From assembly GCA_964632315.1 (NCBI GenBank), contig CAZWEM010000008.1:32001-96000 (forward strand): a stretch of 64,000 nucleotides of DNA, written 5' to 3'. Numbering within the stretch: position 1 is the stretch's first letter; each line of letters opens with the position of its first letter. The translations under genes and the position numbers were made by a program. Under the pieces are notes generated by a model. It saw only the letters and a list, made by a program, of their open reading frames with translations, was not told the DNA's origin and did no database searches. Shown here one piece after another: positions 39,290-48,830 of the stretch. Origin of the DNA: an uncultured archaeon. Lineage in GTDB: Archaea; Asgardarchaeota; Lokiarchaeia; Sigyniarchaeales; SOKP01.

Positions 39290-40237
39290 ATGATTTATAC
39301 CATCTTTCTTTATCAAGCGAGCACTGGAGCCTTAATGTTTGAACAGAATTTTCAAGAATTAGATTCTGGGAATGCTGAGCTTTTTAGTTCTTTTTACACC
39401 GCTTTAAAGTCCTTCGTTTCAGAAATGGTAAATGAGGGAGTAAATAAACTAAAAAACATTGATTTAGGGGAATATAGCATTGTTATTTCGTCAATTAAAG
39501 ATTTTGATGTAGATATAGTTATCATAGCAGATAAAGAAAGTCTCAAACCGGTTAATAAATTAATTCCAAAGTTAATTAAAAGCTTATATAAACATGAAAG
39601 CTTGATTCAGTTTTGGGATGGAGACAAATCAGAATTATATCTCCTTGAACAACCCCTTTCAGGATTAATCAAGAATCATTTTAAATCTACGGGAAAAACA
39701 CTAACAGAAAAACAAGATCAAGTATTAAGATCGATCTGGGCTAACAGATCCCAACTTTCTGAGGAAGAAGAAAATGCTTTAATTCAAGAGAGAGATTTAC
39801 TAATTTATAAAATTGAAAAAACCCCTATATTGCCTGATAAGATTAAGATTGCAAAGGAAGTCGTTGAGCTTTCAGATAAGCTAAAAGATGAAGGAACTTT
39901 CTTACGTTTTCAAGATGAAATTAACAGGTATAAAAAAGAACTTGAAGATGCTAGATTTAAATTGGGATATTATCTTGAGAAGTTAAAAATCTCTTTGAAT
40001 GAGGCAATAGAGAACTTAGGAGACAAACCCATTTCTGCAGGAGATTATAAAGATGCTTATCTAAGTTTATATTCTTTCAGCACTAAACTCAAACTTTTGA
40101 TCGAAAGTGGATGGGAAAATTATAGGCAAATGGCGACTAAACTCATCGATAATGATAATATATCTAAAGATGAAATATCTGACACGATACAATCAATAAT
40201 TAAGATGAGCGATAACGTGGAAGATTACTTGCAATGA
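39290..40237 (+). CDS. Longin-like domain protein with helical C-terminal extension
   Basis: IYTIFLYQASTGALMFEQNF...LFSSFYTALKSFVSEM...LKNIDLGEY longin-like pattern. Confidence 0.7.
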   Translation: MIYTIFLYQASTGALMFEQNFQELDSGNAELFSSFYTALKSFVSEMVNEGVNKLKNIDLGEYSIVISSIKDFDVDIVIIADKESLKPVNKLIPKLIKSLYKHESLIQFWDGDKSELYLLEQPLSGLIKNHFKSTGKTLTEKQDQVLRSIWANRSQLSEEEENALIQERDLLIYKIEKTPILPDKIKIAKEVVELSDKLKDEGTFLRFQDEINRYKKELEDARFKLGYYLEKLKISLNEAIENLGDKPISAGDYKDAYLSLYSFSTKLKLLIESGWENYRQMATKLIDNDNISKDEISDTIQSIIKMSDNVEDYLQ

Positions 40238-40243
40238 ATTTTA

Positions 40244-41443
40244 TTATTTTGTGAAAATTTCAATGATATCGTTATCTTTAATATCGTAATCTAAACCAAC
40301 CTTTTTACGTTTATGACGAACACTTTTCCGTATCACAACAGCATAATCAAATTTTTCATAAAAACTTCTATGAATCCGTATCGCAACATCTCTTACTTTT
40401 ACTCCCGTATCCATTATCAGTGGCTTTTGAGCCACTTCACCTTTATGTGAGGTATATACTTTAATTTTGTTTAAAAATTTCAGTATAATTTTCCCAAACT
40501 CAGATTCAGGAGTTAGTTCCTCTTTGCTAACACTACTCCCTAAAATCAAGGAAAATTTTGAAGAATATCTTGCTTTAAGTTCTTGAAATGTATCTTCTGT
40601 ATTTGGAAGATCTCCTTTGGTTCCTATGATCGCCGCTTTTTTGTAGACTACAGAAGGATTCATGGCATCAACAATTTGATCTAAAGTTACTCTTCCAAAT
40701 ATCTTCACTATTGCATTCCTAATTCCTCCTTCATAGATTATCTCTCGAATTCTTTCTGTCAATTCTAATAAATCTTTATTTTGCTTTGCCTCTTTAGTTA
40801 AATAAAAAACTTGGATTTTATTAGAGCCAGTTTTTTCAATAGTAATTGGTGGAGGAGGTACGTTAATTCTTATATTGGATTCTAAAAATTCATGCATTAG
40901 TAAAGAGATTTGCTGGTCGAAGTTTCTTGAGAGGTCCACACATATTAAGATTAAGTCGCAGGATCTTATTTGAGATAAAATTTCTTTCCCATTAGCTACT
41001 CCTGAGGAAGCTCCTTTCATGATTGAGGGCATATCAACAATTTGGAATCTAATATTATCCTCTTCATAAATCCCTATTTCAGGAATGGAAGTAAATCTAC
41101 CAATTTTTTCTTTAGCCGCACCCGTGAGTAGGTTCAGTAATGAAGTTTTTCCAACTCCTGGGACGTGGTAATCGCTTACCAAAATCATTTGAATGCCTTC
41201 TTTCTTTATTGAAAATGGACTTACTTGCTTTCCAATTGATTTTTGCCATTCTTTTTTATCTTCTCTCTCTCTTTTTAATTTAGCTAGCTTAGAGCGATTT
41301 AACGCAACAATTTTTTCAGTTGCTTTATGTTTCGGAACTAATGAAATGAATTCTTCTAATTGCTGGATTTTCTCATCTAATGAGGATGCATCAAGATATC
41401 TTTGATATGCTGCTTCAGCTTCTGGACCGATGTTTGAACTCAT
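40244..41443 (-). CDS. DRG/OBG-family GTPase with TGS domain (degenerate G motifs)
   Basis: PKHKATEK, PGVGKTSLL, FQIVDMPS, TKGD, IKVYT, VAIRIH, KVGLDY.IKDNDIIEI. Confidence 0.88.
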   Translation of the reverse strand: MSSNIGPEAEAAYQRYLDASSLDEKIQQLEEFISLVPKHKATEKIVALNRSKLAKLKREREDKKEWQKSIGKQVSPFSIKKEGIQMILVSDYHVPGVGKTSLLNLLTGAAKEKIGRFTSIPEIGIYEEDNIRFQIVDMPSIMKGASSGVANGKEILSQIRSCDLILICVDLSRNFDQQISLLMHEFLESNIRINVPPPPITIEKTGSNKIQVFYLTKEAKQNKDLLELTERIREIIYEGGIRNAIVKIFGRVTLDQIVDAMNPSVVYKKAAIIGTKGDLPNTEDTFQELKARYSSKFSLILGSSVSKEELTPESEFGKIILKFLNKIKVYTSHKGEVAQKPLIMDTGVKVRDVAIRIHRSFYEKFDYAVVIRKSVRHKRKKVGLDYDIKDNDIIEIFTK

Positions 41444-41463
41444 GATAAAAACCCCTTATGAAC

Positions 41464-41919
41464 TTAAAATATGGACCGAAATCGATCCTCAGTCTTCATT
41501 TTCAAGTCCCCCAGCAATTTATCGATCCTTTCTTCGAATTTAGTAAAGAATTTATCTTTTTTTGAAAATATATCATTTAAAGAATATCTATTTAAAAAAT
41601 GGGAATTTATTTCATGCAAGTGTCTCTTCACTATTTCAGCATCAGTTTCTTTTTCAATAATTGCGAAAGAAATCAATGGTTGCTTGTTTGATGGATCATT
41701 AGGTAATGCAATCAAGTCACAATAACACACTAATTTAAATGAAGCCAGAGAGATGACATTGATGTCGTCTCCAAAAACCTCTGATGTAAAGCTTTCGAGA
41801 GCAGACAGAAAACCAGCTCTTAACTCTGGATCAAGTCCCACTCCAGTATCGGAATGATAATATCTACGAGTTATGATGTTTCTAGTTCCTAAATTTATCC
41901 CAAGTTCAAGAATAGCCAT
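41464..41919 (-). CDS. Stand-alone longin-like domain protein
   Basis: LRAGFLSALESFTSEVFGDDINVISL...FAII...HFLNRY...FEERIDKLL. Confidence 0.75.
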   Translation of the reverse strand: MAILELGINLGTRNIITRRYYHSDTGVGLDPELRAGFLSALESFTSEVFGDDINVISLASFKLVCYCDLIALPNDPSNKQPLISFAIIEKETDAEIVKRHLHEINSHFLNRYSLNDIFSKKDKFFTKFEERIDKLLGDLKMKTEDRFRSIF

Positions 41920-42013
41920 TTTTTAAATATAAGGTAAATTTTAAATAATTACAATTAGGATGTATGAATAATTAAATATTGTTCCTTATATTTTTTCTTA
42001 TCTGTTCCATGTT

Positions 42014-42880
42014 TTACTTAAGTAATTTTTTGTTCTGGTTTTTATATGCAATAAATGTATTTCGCATGAGAAACGCGACTGTAAGTGGACCAATACCACC
42101 AGGATTAGGCGTTATAAAACTACATTTATTAAATACGTCGTTAAAATCAATATCTCCAGTTAACTTCCCATTTACTCGATTTGTCCCCACATCTATTAAA
42201 ACTGCTCCATCTTTTATCATATTTTTATTAATAAAATTTGGTTTACCAACTGCAACCACCAAAATATCAGCCTTTTTGGTAAATTCCTCAATTTGTACAG
42301 TAGATGTATGACAAACTGTTACTGTAGCATTTCTTTTCAACATCATAAAAATTAAGGGTTTTCCTACCAAATTAGAACGGTTAATAATTACAACATGCTT
42401 TCCCTTTATTTCAAGGTTATAAGATTCCAATATCTTAACTATACCTTTAGGCGTGCAAGGGGCATATTCCTCATTATAATCGAATAATTTACCTTTATTA
42501 ATTGGATGCAAACCATCTACATCTTTCAAGGGAGAAATATTTGCTATAAAAGTAGTACTGTCAGCTTTTAAATGTGTAGGAAGAGGTAATTGTAATAGAA
42601 TCCCATTGACTGTCGCATCCTTATTCAACTCCTTTATTACTTTTATCAGCTCGTCCTTCTCAACGTGTTCTTCTAATTTTACAGAAACGGAATCAATACC
42701 AACTTCTGCACATATTTTTTTCTTTATATTGATATAAACTTGAGAAGCGGGATTTTCACCAACTAAAATTGTAGCTAATTTTGGCATAATTCCGTATTTT
42801 TCGGTAGCTTTTAGGATATCTCTTTTTAATCCTTCATTGAGTTTTTGTGCGAGTTTTTTACCATCTAAAATTTTATCCAT
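42014..42880 (-). CDS. folD: Methylenetetrahydrofolate dehydrogenase/cyclohydrolase
   Basis: GILLQLPLP, KDVDGLHP, PCTPKG, RSNLVGKP, PGGIGPLT. Confidence 0.97.
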   Translation of the reverse strand: MDKILDGKKLAQKLNEGLKRDILKATEKYGIMPKLATILVGENPASQVYINIKKKICAEVGIDSVSVKLEEHVEKDELIKVIKELNKDATVNGILLQLPLPTHLKADSTTFIANISPLKDVDGLHPINKGKLFDYNEEYAPCTPKGIVKILESYNLEIKGKHVVIINRSNLVGKPLIFMMLKRNATVTVCHTSTVQIEEFTKKADILVVAVGKPNFINKNMIKDGAVLIDVGTNRVNGKLTGDIDFNDVFNKCSFITPNPGGIGPLTVAFLMRNTFIAYKNQNKKLLK

Positions 42881-42961
42881 GATTAAGATCTTTATTGAAT
42901 TATTATGAATTAATATTGTAAATTTCCATTAAAGAAATATTATTATTTGATTATTAATGGG

Positions 42962-44074
42962 TTAAACCCTTCGTCTTCGCCAAATGATATACGCAACTAT
43001 AATGAGTATGCCAATAACAACTAACACAATCGTTAAGATAAGATAGTTAAATTCTACCATAAAAACATCTTTATCTAGTGAAGATAGGGAATTAAAAAGC
43101 ATTAAACTGTTAAAAGCATAGAAAGTTGTCGTGATTGATGATAATTCTTGATTATTTTCGGAGTATTTATCACTAAATCCTCCATCTTGGAAATTTTGGC
43201 GATCCAAAACCCAAGAAACTGTTGCATCCACATGTAAATTGGAAGATTGAATACAATCGATTGCTGTCGCAGCAAAATACGTACTGCTTAAAAGAGGAAA
43301 AACTGCGATATCCATTGGAAGATAACCTCCATATCTGATTAAATCATACGTATCATTGATGAAAAATGAGTTTAGATACTCCAAGGTTTTTGATTTACTT
43401 ACTAAAGCATCAACACTATCTAGTTCATTGATTAAAACTACCGCATAATATGTGGTTAACAATGTAGAGGTCAATGTCGAATTTCCAGCATACCCTCCAT
43501 CAATTTTAAAACAGCTTAATATCCAATTCTCGTGAATAGCTTTATTAGGAAATTCAATCCCTAGAAGATCATAAATTTGATACGCATAAAAGGTGGATGT
43601 GAGATCTCTTGAATTGCTTGAATTAATGGGTGAGAACCCTCCATCAACATGGGAACTTGAATTAAGATATTTTTGAATCGTAACATTTAAAGCAGAATCA
43701 ATAGAATAGCCAATCAGGTCGAAAGCTTGTAATATATAATAGAGATCATATAAAAGCAATGTATTTGAGTCAAGCATATCATTTAAATTATCTTCCAAAT
43801 AATTACTTAACTCTACTTTATCAACTTGGTTTTCAACACCCAAAACACCCTCAATTTTAAGAGCATCGTAATGGTTGAGTATTTGTAAAGCTTGGGCATT
43901 TTCTTGATAGGTTTCTCCAAGAAAATCTTCACTATCTTCTATTACTCCTTGATTGGCATAAATGAAATCAATCATGTACGAATTTCTCGTCTTAGCAGCT
44001 ACTAAGGGAGTGATAATAATTAAAGATGTAAATGTTAGAAGGATTATCGTGAAGAGTCTAAGTTTTATTTTCAA
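42962..44074 (-). CDS. Secreted prenyltransferase/squalene-oxidase-repeat protein with C-terminal TM anchor
   Basis: Signal peptide; four DGGF/GGY...T(F/Y)(Y/F)A repeats; TM followed by WRRRRV. Confidence 0.82.
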   Translation of the reverse strand: MKIKLRLFTIILLTFTSLIIITPLVAAKTRNSYMIDFIYANQGVIEDSEDFLGETYQENAQALQILNHYDALKIEGVLGVENQVDKVELSNYLEDNLNDMLDSNTLLLYDLYYILQAFDLIGYSIDSALNVTIQKYLNSSSHVDGGFSPINSSNSRDLTSTFYAYQIYDLLGIEFPNKAIHENWILSCFKIDGGYAGNSTLTSTLLTTYYAVVLINELDSVDALVSKSKTLEYLNSFFINDTYDLIRYGGYLPMDIAVFPLLSSTYFAATAIDCIQSSNLHVDATVSWVLDRQNFQDGGFSDKYSENNQELSSITTTFYAFNSLMLFNSLSSLDKDVFMVEFNYLILTIVLVVIGILIIVAYIIWRRRRV

Positions 44075-44206
44075 TTACTCAAAAACCTCAATATATAAAA
44101 TTACTTTTTTAAATTCAACTTGAAATTAAAAATTATCGGTATGTAAAGAATTTTGTTCCAAAATATCGATTTTCTTGGGAGATGAAATCTCACATTTAAA
44201 TAAAGG

Positions 44207-45733
44207 TTAGAAAATTTCGCTAATATCTTTATAGAGATGGTCACTATTTGACAAAAACTCTTCATGGGTTACAAACAGTCTTAAGAATGATGGGAGGCTG
44301 CCAAGTATTGCTGCTCCACTAAAAATTGCAAATTGAAGATTATCTGGGATATAATACTTGATTAATCCTTCTGTAGATTTATAATAACCCGAAAATTCCT
44401 TAGCTGGAGCTATTTTTTTGATTTCTTGTTTTTGAACTTCCGGTGCTTCAAATGATTCTAAGCTTGAACCACAATATGGACAGAAAATTGACGATGTATC
44501 TGTTACCTCTTTCTTACAAGAAGGACAAATTAATTTCCCATCTACCATTATAGATTCAGCAGGATTTTCTCCAAATTCTATGGAAAGCTCTGGTAAGGAT
44601 AGTCTTCCTCCACATGAAGGACAAAATTCCTTACCATCTGATAAATCAACCATTTCACCACATTGGGGGCAAGTATCTCTTGTTTTTTTGCTTCCTTTTA
44701 CTGGTTTCATCTTTGAGGAAATAGATTCTTCATTATTTGTGACTTTTGGTTTTGGGATTTTACCTAATTCTGGAAGGAGTTTATTCAATTCTAAGGTTAA
44801 TCGTTCATCAAAACCAGAATAAGAGAGATTACCACCTGATATAATAACATGTGTTAATAAATCTGACCAATAATGGTTATCAATTCCTTGTAAGCTTGCA
44901 ATTATTGCTTGAGGAACGCTATTTATAGGGTACCCTAATAATTGTGGCTGAAACATAACTTCTGGGGCTTCAGAGAAAATATAGTGAGGAATTTGTATCG
45001 TAGATCCATCTGGCATTGAAAGTTTAAAACTATCGCTCATATCATGATCTTTTGAGGGATCAAGAACAAAATAACAGTTCTTTTCCTTGATATCTCTAAT
45101 TATTTCATCTACAGCAGAAGACTCAATTGATATCCCTTCTCGCATGAGTAAATTTTTTAGATACTGGTTAACATCTGTGCCGGCTAACGTTAACTTCTGG
45201 ACTGCTTGGTCAATTATTTGACCGTTTACAATTGGACAAATCCATGTCATCCCGTCACCACTTTCAATAACTAAACCAGTAGTCAATCCCACACTAAACA
45301 TAGAAAGTATTGGAGTAGGAACCATAATTAAACTTTTTACTCTATGAGTTTCATAAAGAACACGTGCAATATACTCTTTTGTCTCTCTGGGAACGAAAGG
45401 ATACTCAGTATAAAATACGGGATAATCAGAAAGATTTTCTACCCTTAATAACGAGTAAAAAATATAGTTTAGTATTTCATAAAAGTCATTCCAATCTAAA
45501 ATCGCTCCTCTTTCAATGGGATGTTTTACTTTTAAAACTCCACGCATTTTCATTGCATCGTTGCCCACATATATGTTTCTTGCACCCACATCAACCATAA
45601 CGGCCTTGTATTTTTCAGTACCCGTGATAGTGGGAAATACAAATCTTGGGGTGGGCTCTCCAGCGAATCCAACCTTGCAATAAGCCGATCCTATGTCAAT
45701 AATAATGGGGGTTCCTGGTAACGGGATAACCAT
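44207..45733 (-). CDS. Actin-family (Arp-like) protein with double zinc-ribbon insertion
   Basis: IIDIGSAYCKVGFAGE..PRFVFP, HPIERG..DW, TTGLVIESGDG, AGTDV, IKEKNCY, PDG, SGGN, GAAILGSL. Confidence 0.95.
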   Translation of the reverse strand: MVIPLPGTPIIIDIGSAYCKVGFAGEPTPRFVFPTITGTEKYKAVMVDVGARNIYVGNDAMKMRGVLKVKHPIERGAILDWNDFYEILNYIFYSLLRVENLSDYPVFYTEYPFVPRETKEYIARVLYETHRVKSLIMVPTPILSMFSVGLTTGLVIESGDGMTWICPIVNGQIIDQAVQKLTLAGTDVNQYLKNLLMREGISIESSAVDEIIRDIKEKNCYFVLDPSKDHDMSDSFKLSMPDGSTIQIPHYIFSEAPEVMFQPQLLGYPINSVPQAIIASLQGIDNHYWSDLLTHVIISGGNLSYSGFDERLTLELNKLLPELGKIPKPKVTNNEESISSKMKPVKGSKKTRDTCPQCGEMVDLSDGKEFCPSCGGRLSLPELSIEFGENPAESIMVDGKLICPSCKKEVTDTSSIFCPYCGSSLESFEAPEVQKQEIKKIAPAKEFSGYYKSTEGLIKYYIPDNLQFAIFSGAAILGSLPSFLRLFVTHEEFLSNSDHLYKDISEIF

Positions 45734-45860
45734 AGCAATTCAATTTGTTGTATGTTTTTTTAAAAAACCTTAATCTCTAGAAAAGGAATTTTACTATAAA
45801 AATTAAGTGAAGTTTGAAAGTTAAAAATTTTTACTTTAACTCTTCTCATTAAGCTTTGAT

Positions 45861-46528
45861 CTAATTTCCAGACGTAGGATAATTCTTGACAATTTCTCTA
45901 AAAGCTAAAATTTTCTTTTTGCGTTGTTCTATTGCGAGACGATCGGTCTCGTCAAATTCTTCTTCCATCCATTCTTTCTGCTTTCGTTCCTCTGCTAAAG
46001 CTTCGCGTTTATAGTTTTTTAAAGAAATTAGAGAGAATGTTGCTTTATACTGAAATAAGATCCTTCTAAAGAGATAACTCCTTCTGAGAGACTTGTTTTT
46101 TCTTGAATTTTGCCGAAAACTTCCATTATCGGGTAATCTATTATCCCTACGTAGATGTAATGAAAGAGGTTATTGATGTTTTCCATCGCACTAAACTTTC
46201 TCATTGCAAGAGGCTTATTTTGAATTCGGGCAGTATATAATGCTAATAACCCTAGAGCGCAATAAAATCGCATTACAATCTCTTCTTGTTTGTACCTTGC
46301 TATAATAAAATTGGATATATTCTCTTGAATTTCGTTGATCACAGTGGGAGCGAAGTTCTGTTGCCAGATCGAAAGATATTTGATCAGCATTTCATACCAT
46401 GTATCGCAAAATCACTTGGATTGGGTAAAGAATACAACCCCAAAAGTGTCATAGTTGAATTTCAGCTCATAAGCGTTGAATTCTGGTGGTTCAATTACGG
46501 ATATATAACTCGTTCCTATTTTTTCCAT
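45861..46528 (-). pseudogene. Disrupted hypothetical gene (in-frame TGA plus frameshift)
   Basis: ATG 46528 MEKIGTSY...VVFFTQSK*FCDTWYEMLIKY... (TGA at 46414-46412) in frame with ORF 46390-46028; protein-like tail ...KNYKREALAEERKQKEWMEEEFDETDRLAIEQRKKKILAFREIVKNYPTSGN* in another frame ending 45861. Confidence 0.65.
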
Positions 46529-46701
46529 TCACTTTCGCCTTCATTTAATTGTGTTTATAATAAATTACAATGAGAGTATTTAAACAAAAATTGTAAATTT
46601 TTGATTAGTTTCATATCACGGTTTTCTCGATAGAACTTTGTATAACAATTAGAAAAATTAATCATAATCCTCATGGTCATTATAAAAGTTTTGATTTTCA
46701 T

Positions 46702-46856
46702 TTAGCAAATTTCCTTTTTCAAGAATTCAATGATTGCTTTCCTGATTGAGATTCTTTCTTCTTCGTCTTAATCATTCAGTAGTCGTTTAATGAGAATATC
46801 AATTTCGTTCAGGAATCCATTAATTGTTTTAAAAATTGGTTAAAATCATTTTCCAT
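46702..46856 (-). pseudogene. Decayed small helical ORF
   Basis: MENDFNQFLK, frameshift, then INGFLNEIDILIKRLLND*DEEERISIRKAIIEFLKKEIC*. Confidence 0.45.
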
Positions 46857-46878
46857 AAAATTTCAAATTAGTCGGGGA

Positions 46879-47304
46879 TTAATCTTTCAATATTGAATAA
46901 ATTGTAGTTAAGATATCGTATTGAATTACTAACCCAATCAATTCAGATCTCTCATTAACTACAGGTAATCGTTCAATTTTATTTTCATGCATTAATTGAA
47001 GTACTTTAACGAGTGAATCTTCTTTTCTGATTACAATTGGATCTGAAGTCATTAAATCGCTAACACGTGTATTAGGAGTATCTAAATTCATGGCAAATCT
47101 GGCTAATCTAATATCCCGTTGAGTGATTATCCCTATTACCTCCTTTTTAGTGGCTTCTCTAACCACGGGCAAACCTCCTATTTTTTTCCTTAACATTAAT
47201 AATTCTGTTTGACTAATTTTGGCTTCAGGAGTAGTGTAGATAGGATTCAATATCATAAAATCCAAAACTTTTAGTTGCGGAATTTTTAAAGCCTTTTCTG
47301 CCAT
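46879..47304 (-). CDS. CBS domain pair protein
   Basis: KIGGLPVV...GIITQRDI; VSDLMTSDP...IERLPVV...LIGLV..DI. Confidence 0.92.
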   Translation of the reverse strand: MAEKALKIPQLKVLDFMILNPIYTTPEAKISQTELLMLRKKIGGLPVVREATKKEVIGIITQRDIRLARFAMNLDTPNTRVSDLMTSDPIVIRKEDSLVKVLQLMHENKIERLPVVNERSELIGLVIQYDILTTIYSILKD

Positions 47305-47394
47305 TTTTAACGATCCAACTGGAACACTTATAAAAATAAATTTAACTTAAACCTTTAAAGAAAAATAATCCGTGTGTGAATTAAAATCTAATCA

Positions 47395-47808
47395 TTAGTC
47401 TAACCTAAGAGTGCTTTCAAGCTTCTTTTCAAGCTTTTTTATCTCAGAAAATAATGTATTATATGTCTCAAGTAAAAATTGACCCCATTCGTTTAATTCA
47501 ATCCATCCTCCTCCTCCAGGTCCTCCTTTTCCAGTATTGACTGGAGTTTGTCCTGTTCGTTTTTCTATTCTTTTTAAAATATTCCACGCATACTTATAGG
47601 AATAACCACAGTCTTGGGCAGCTTTCGTTAATGAATTATCCTTCATTTGGCTTAATTCATGAATGCGGTTTAAAAGTTTTGCCCATCCAGAACCTAAGAT
47701 GTTTTTTCTTTCTCCATTTTCGAATTCTAACCAAATTTTCAAGCCAAAACTTACTTTTTTTTTGAGGCTTTCAATATTAGAAGGTTGGATTGGGGGTTTA
47801 TTCTTCAT
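47395..47808 (-). CDS. ModE-like winged-helix transcriptional regulator (N-terminal domain only)
   Basis: KIWLE...ILGSG..LL..I...SLTKAA..GYSYKYAWNIL...GKGGPGGGG..L..G. Confidence 0.88.
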   Translation of the reverse strand: MKNKPPIQPSNIESLKKKVSFGLKIWLEFENGERKNILGSGWAKLLNRIHELSQMKDNSLTKAAQDCGYSYKYAWNILKRIEKRTGQTPVNTGKGGPGGGGWIELNEWGQFLLETYNTLFSEIKKLEKKLESTLRLD

Positions 47809-47927
47809 GACACTACATTAATTGATTCCAAAATTTTTAATGATTTTGATAAAAAAATTTAATGCAACTTTAAGATCTACTGTTTATAATGGAGAAATTA
47901 AATATTGATTTTTAATTATAAAAATGC

Positions 47928-48665
47928 ATGTTTTTTATAAGTGAACCTCGAATTAAACAAGGAAAAAAGGTAATTGAAAACGTATATTACTTTGCAGAAT
48001 CAGGAATGCTTGATTGCAACCAATATATTATCAAGGATAGCACAAATGATGAATTGAGCTTATTTGATGCGGGAAATGGTTTGTCATTGAATGGTCTAAT
48101 AGAAGGATTAAAGCAACACGATTTGGATTTTCATAATATCACCAAAATTTATATTACTCATGAACACGTCGATCACGTCATTGGATTATATCGCATATGT
48201 GAAATGCTCGATAAGAATGTAAAAATTTATGCCTATGGAGAGACTGTTAAAATTTTACAAAAAGGAATGGTAGATAAAATATTCCCAGGTAGTTTAGGAA
48301 TTGGTCCTGAAATGTTTAAAGTGAAAGTGGTACCCTTGGAAGTGCAAGAATTAGGGATTTCTTGTAAGATAGGTCAATTTGAATTCAAAATCCTTCATAC
48401 TCCGGGGCACTCCCCAAGTTCTGTTTGTTATTATGATCCTAATCAAAAAATACTCATTCCAGGAGATTTAGTGTTCGTTGGAGGCAGTTTTGGAAGATAT
48501 GATTTTCCTGGAGGCTCTTTGCCGAAGCTTATAGAATCTATTTCAAGGGTTAATGATTTAGATGTAGAATATCTGCTTCCAGGCCATATGGGAATAAGTA
48601 GAGACGGAAATTACGACATTAAGATGTCATATCGAATGGTAAAATCTATCAGTTCATACTTTTAA
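47928..48665 (+). CDS. MBL-fold metallo-hydrolase
   Basis: THEHVDH, HTPGHS, GD, PGH. Confidence 0.93.
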   Translation: MFFISEPRIKQGKKVIENVYYFAESGMLDCNQYIIKDSTNDELSLFDAGNGLSLNGLIEGLKQHDLDFHNITKIYITHEHVDHVIGLYRICEMLDKNVKIYAYGETVKILQKGMVDKIFPGSLGIGPEMFKVKVVPLEVQELGISCKIGQFEFKILHTPGHSPSSVCYYDPNQKILIPGDLVFVGGSFGRYDFPGGSLPKLIESISRVNDLDVEYLLPGHMGISRDGNYDIKMSYRMVKSISSYF

Positions 48666-48830
48666 AATTATTTTCACGTTAATATCTTTATAAATTCAAT
48701 AAGAAATGGGCTTTTTCTATTCTTAAATTAATCTTGATTATTATGTGAAGTATGAATATATTTTTATGGAGGAAATATATATATAATTTTAATACTCGTT
48801 TACTTGATGAGTTAATATAAAAATAAAAGA

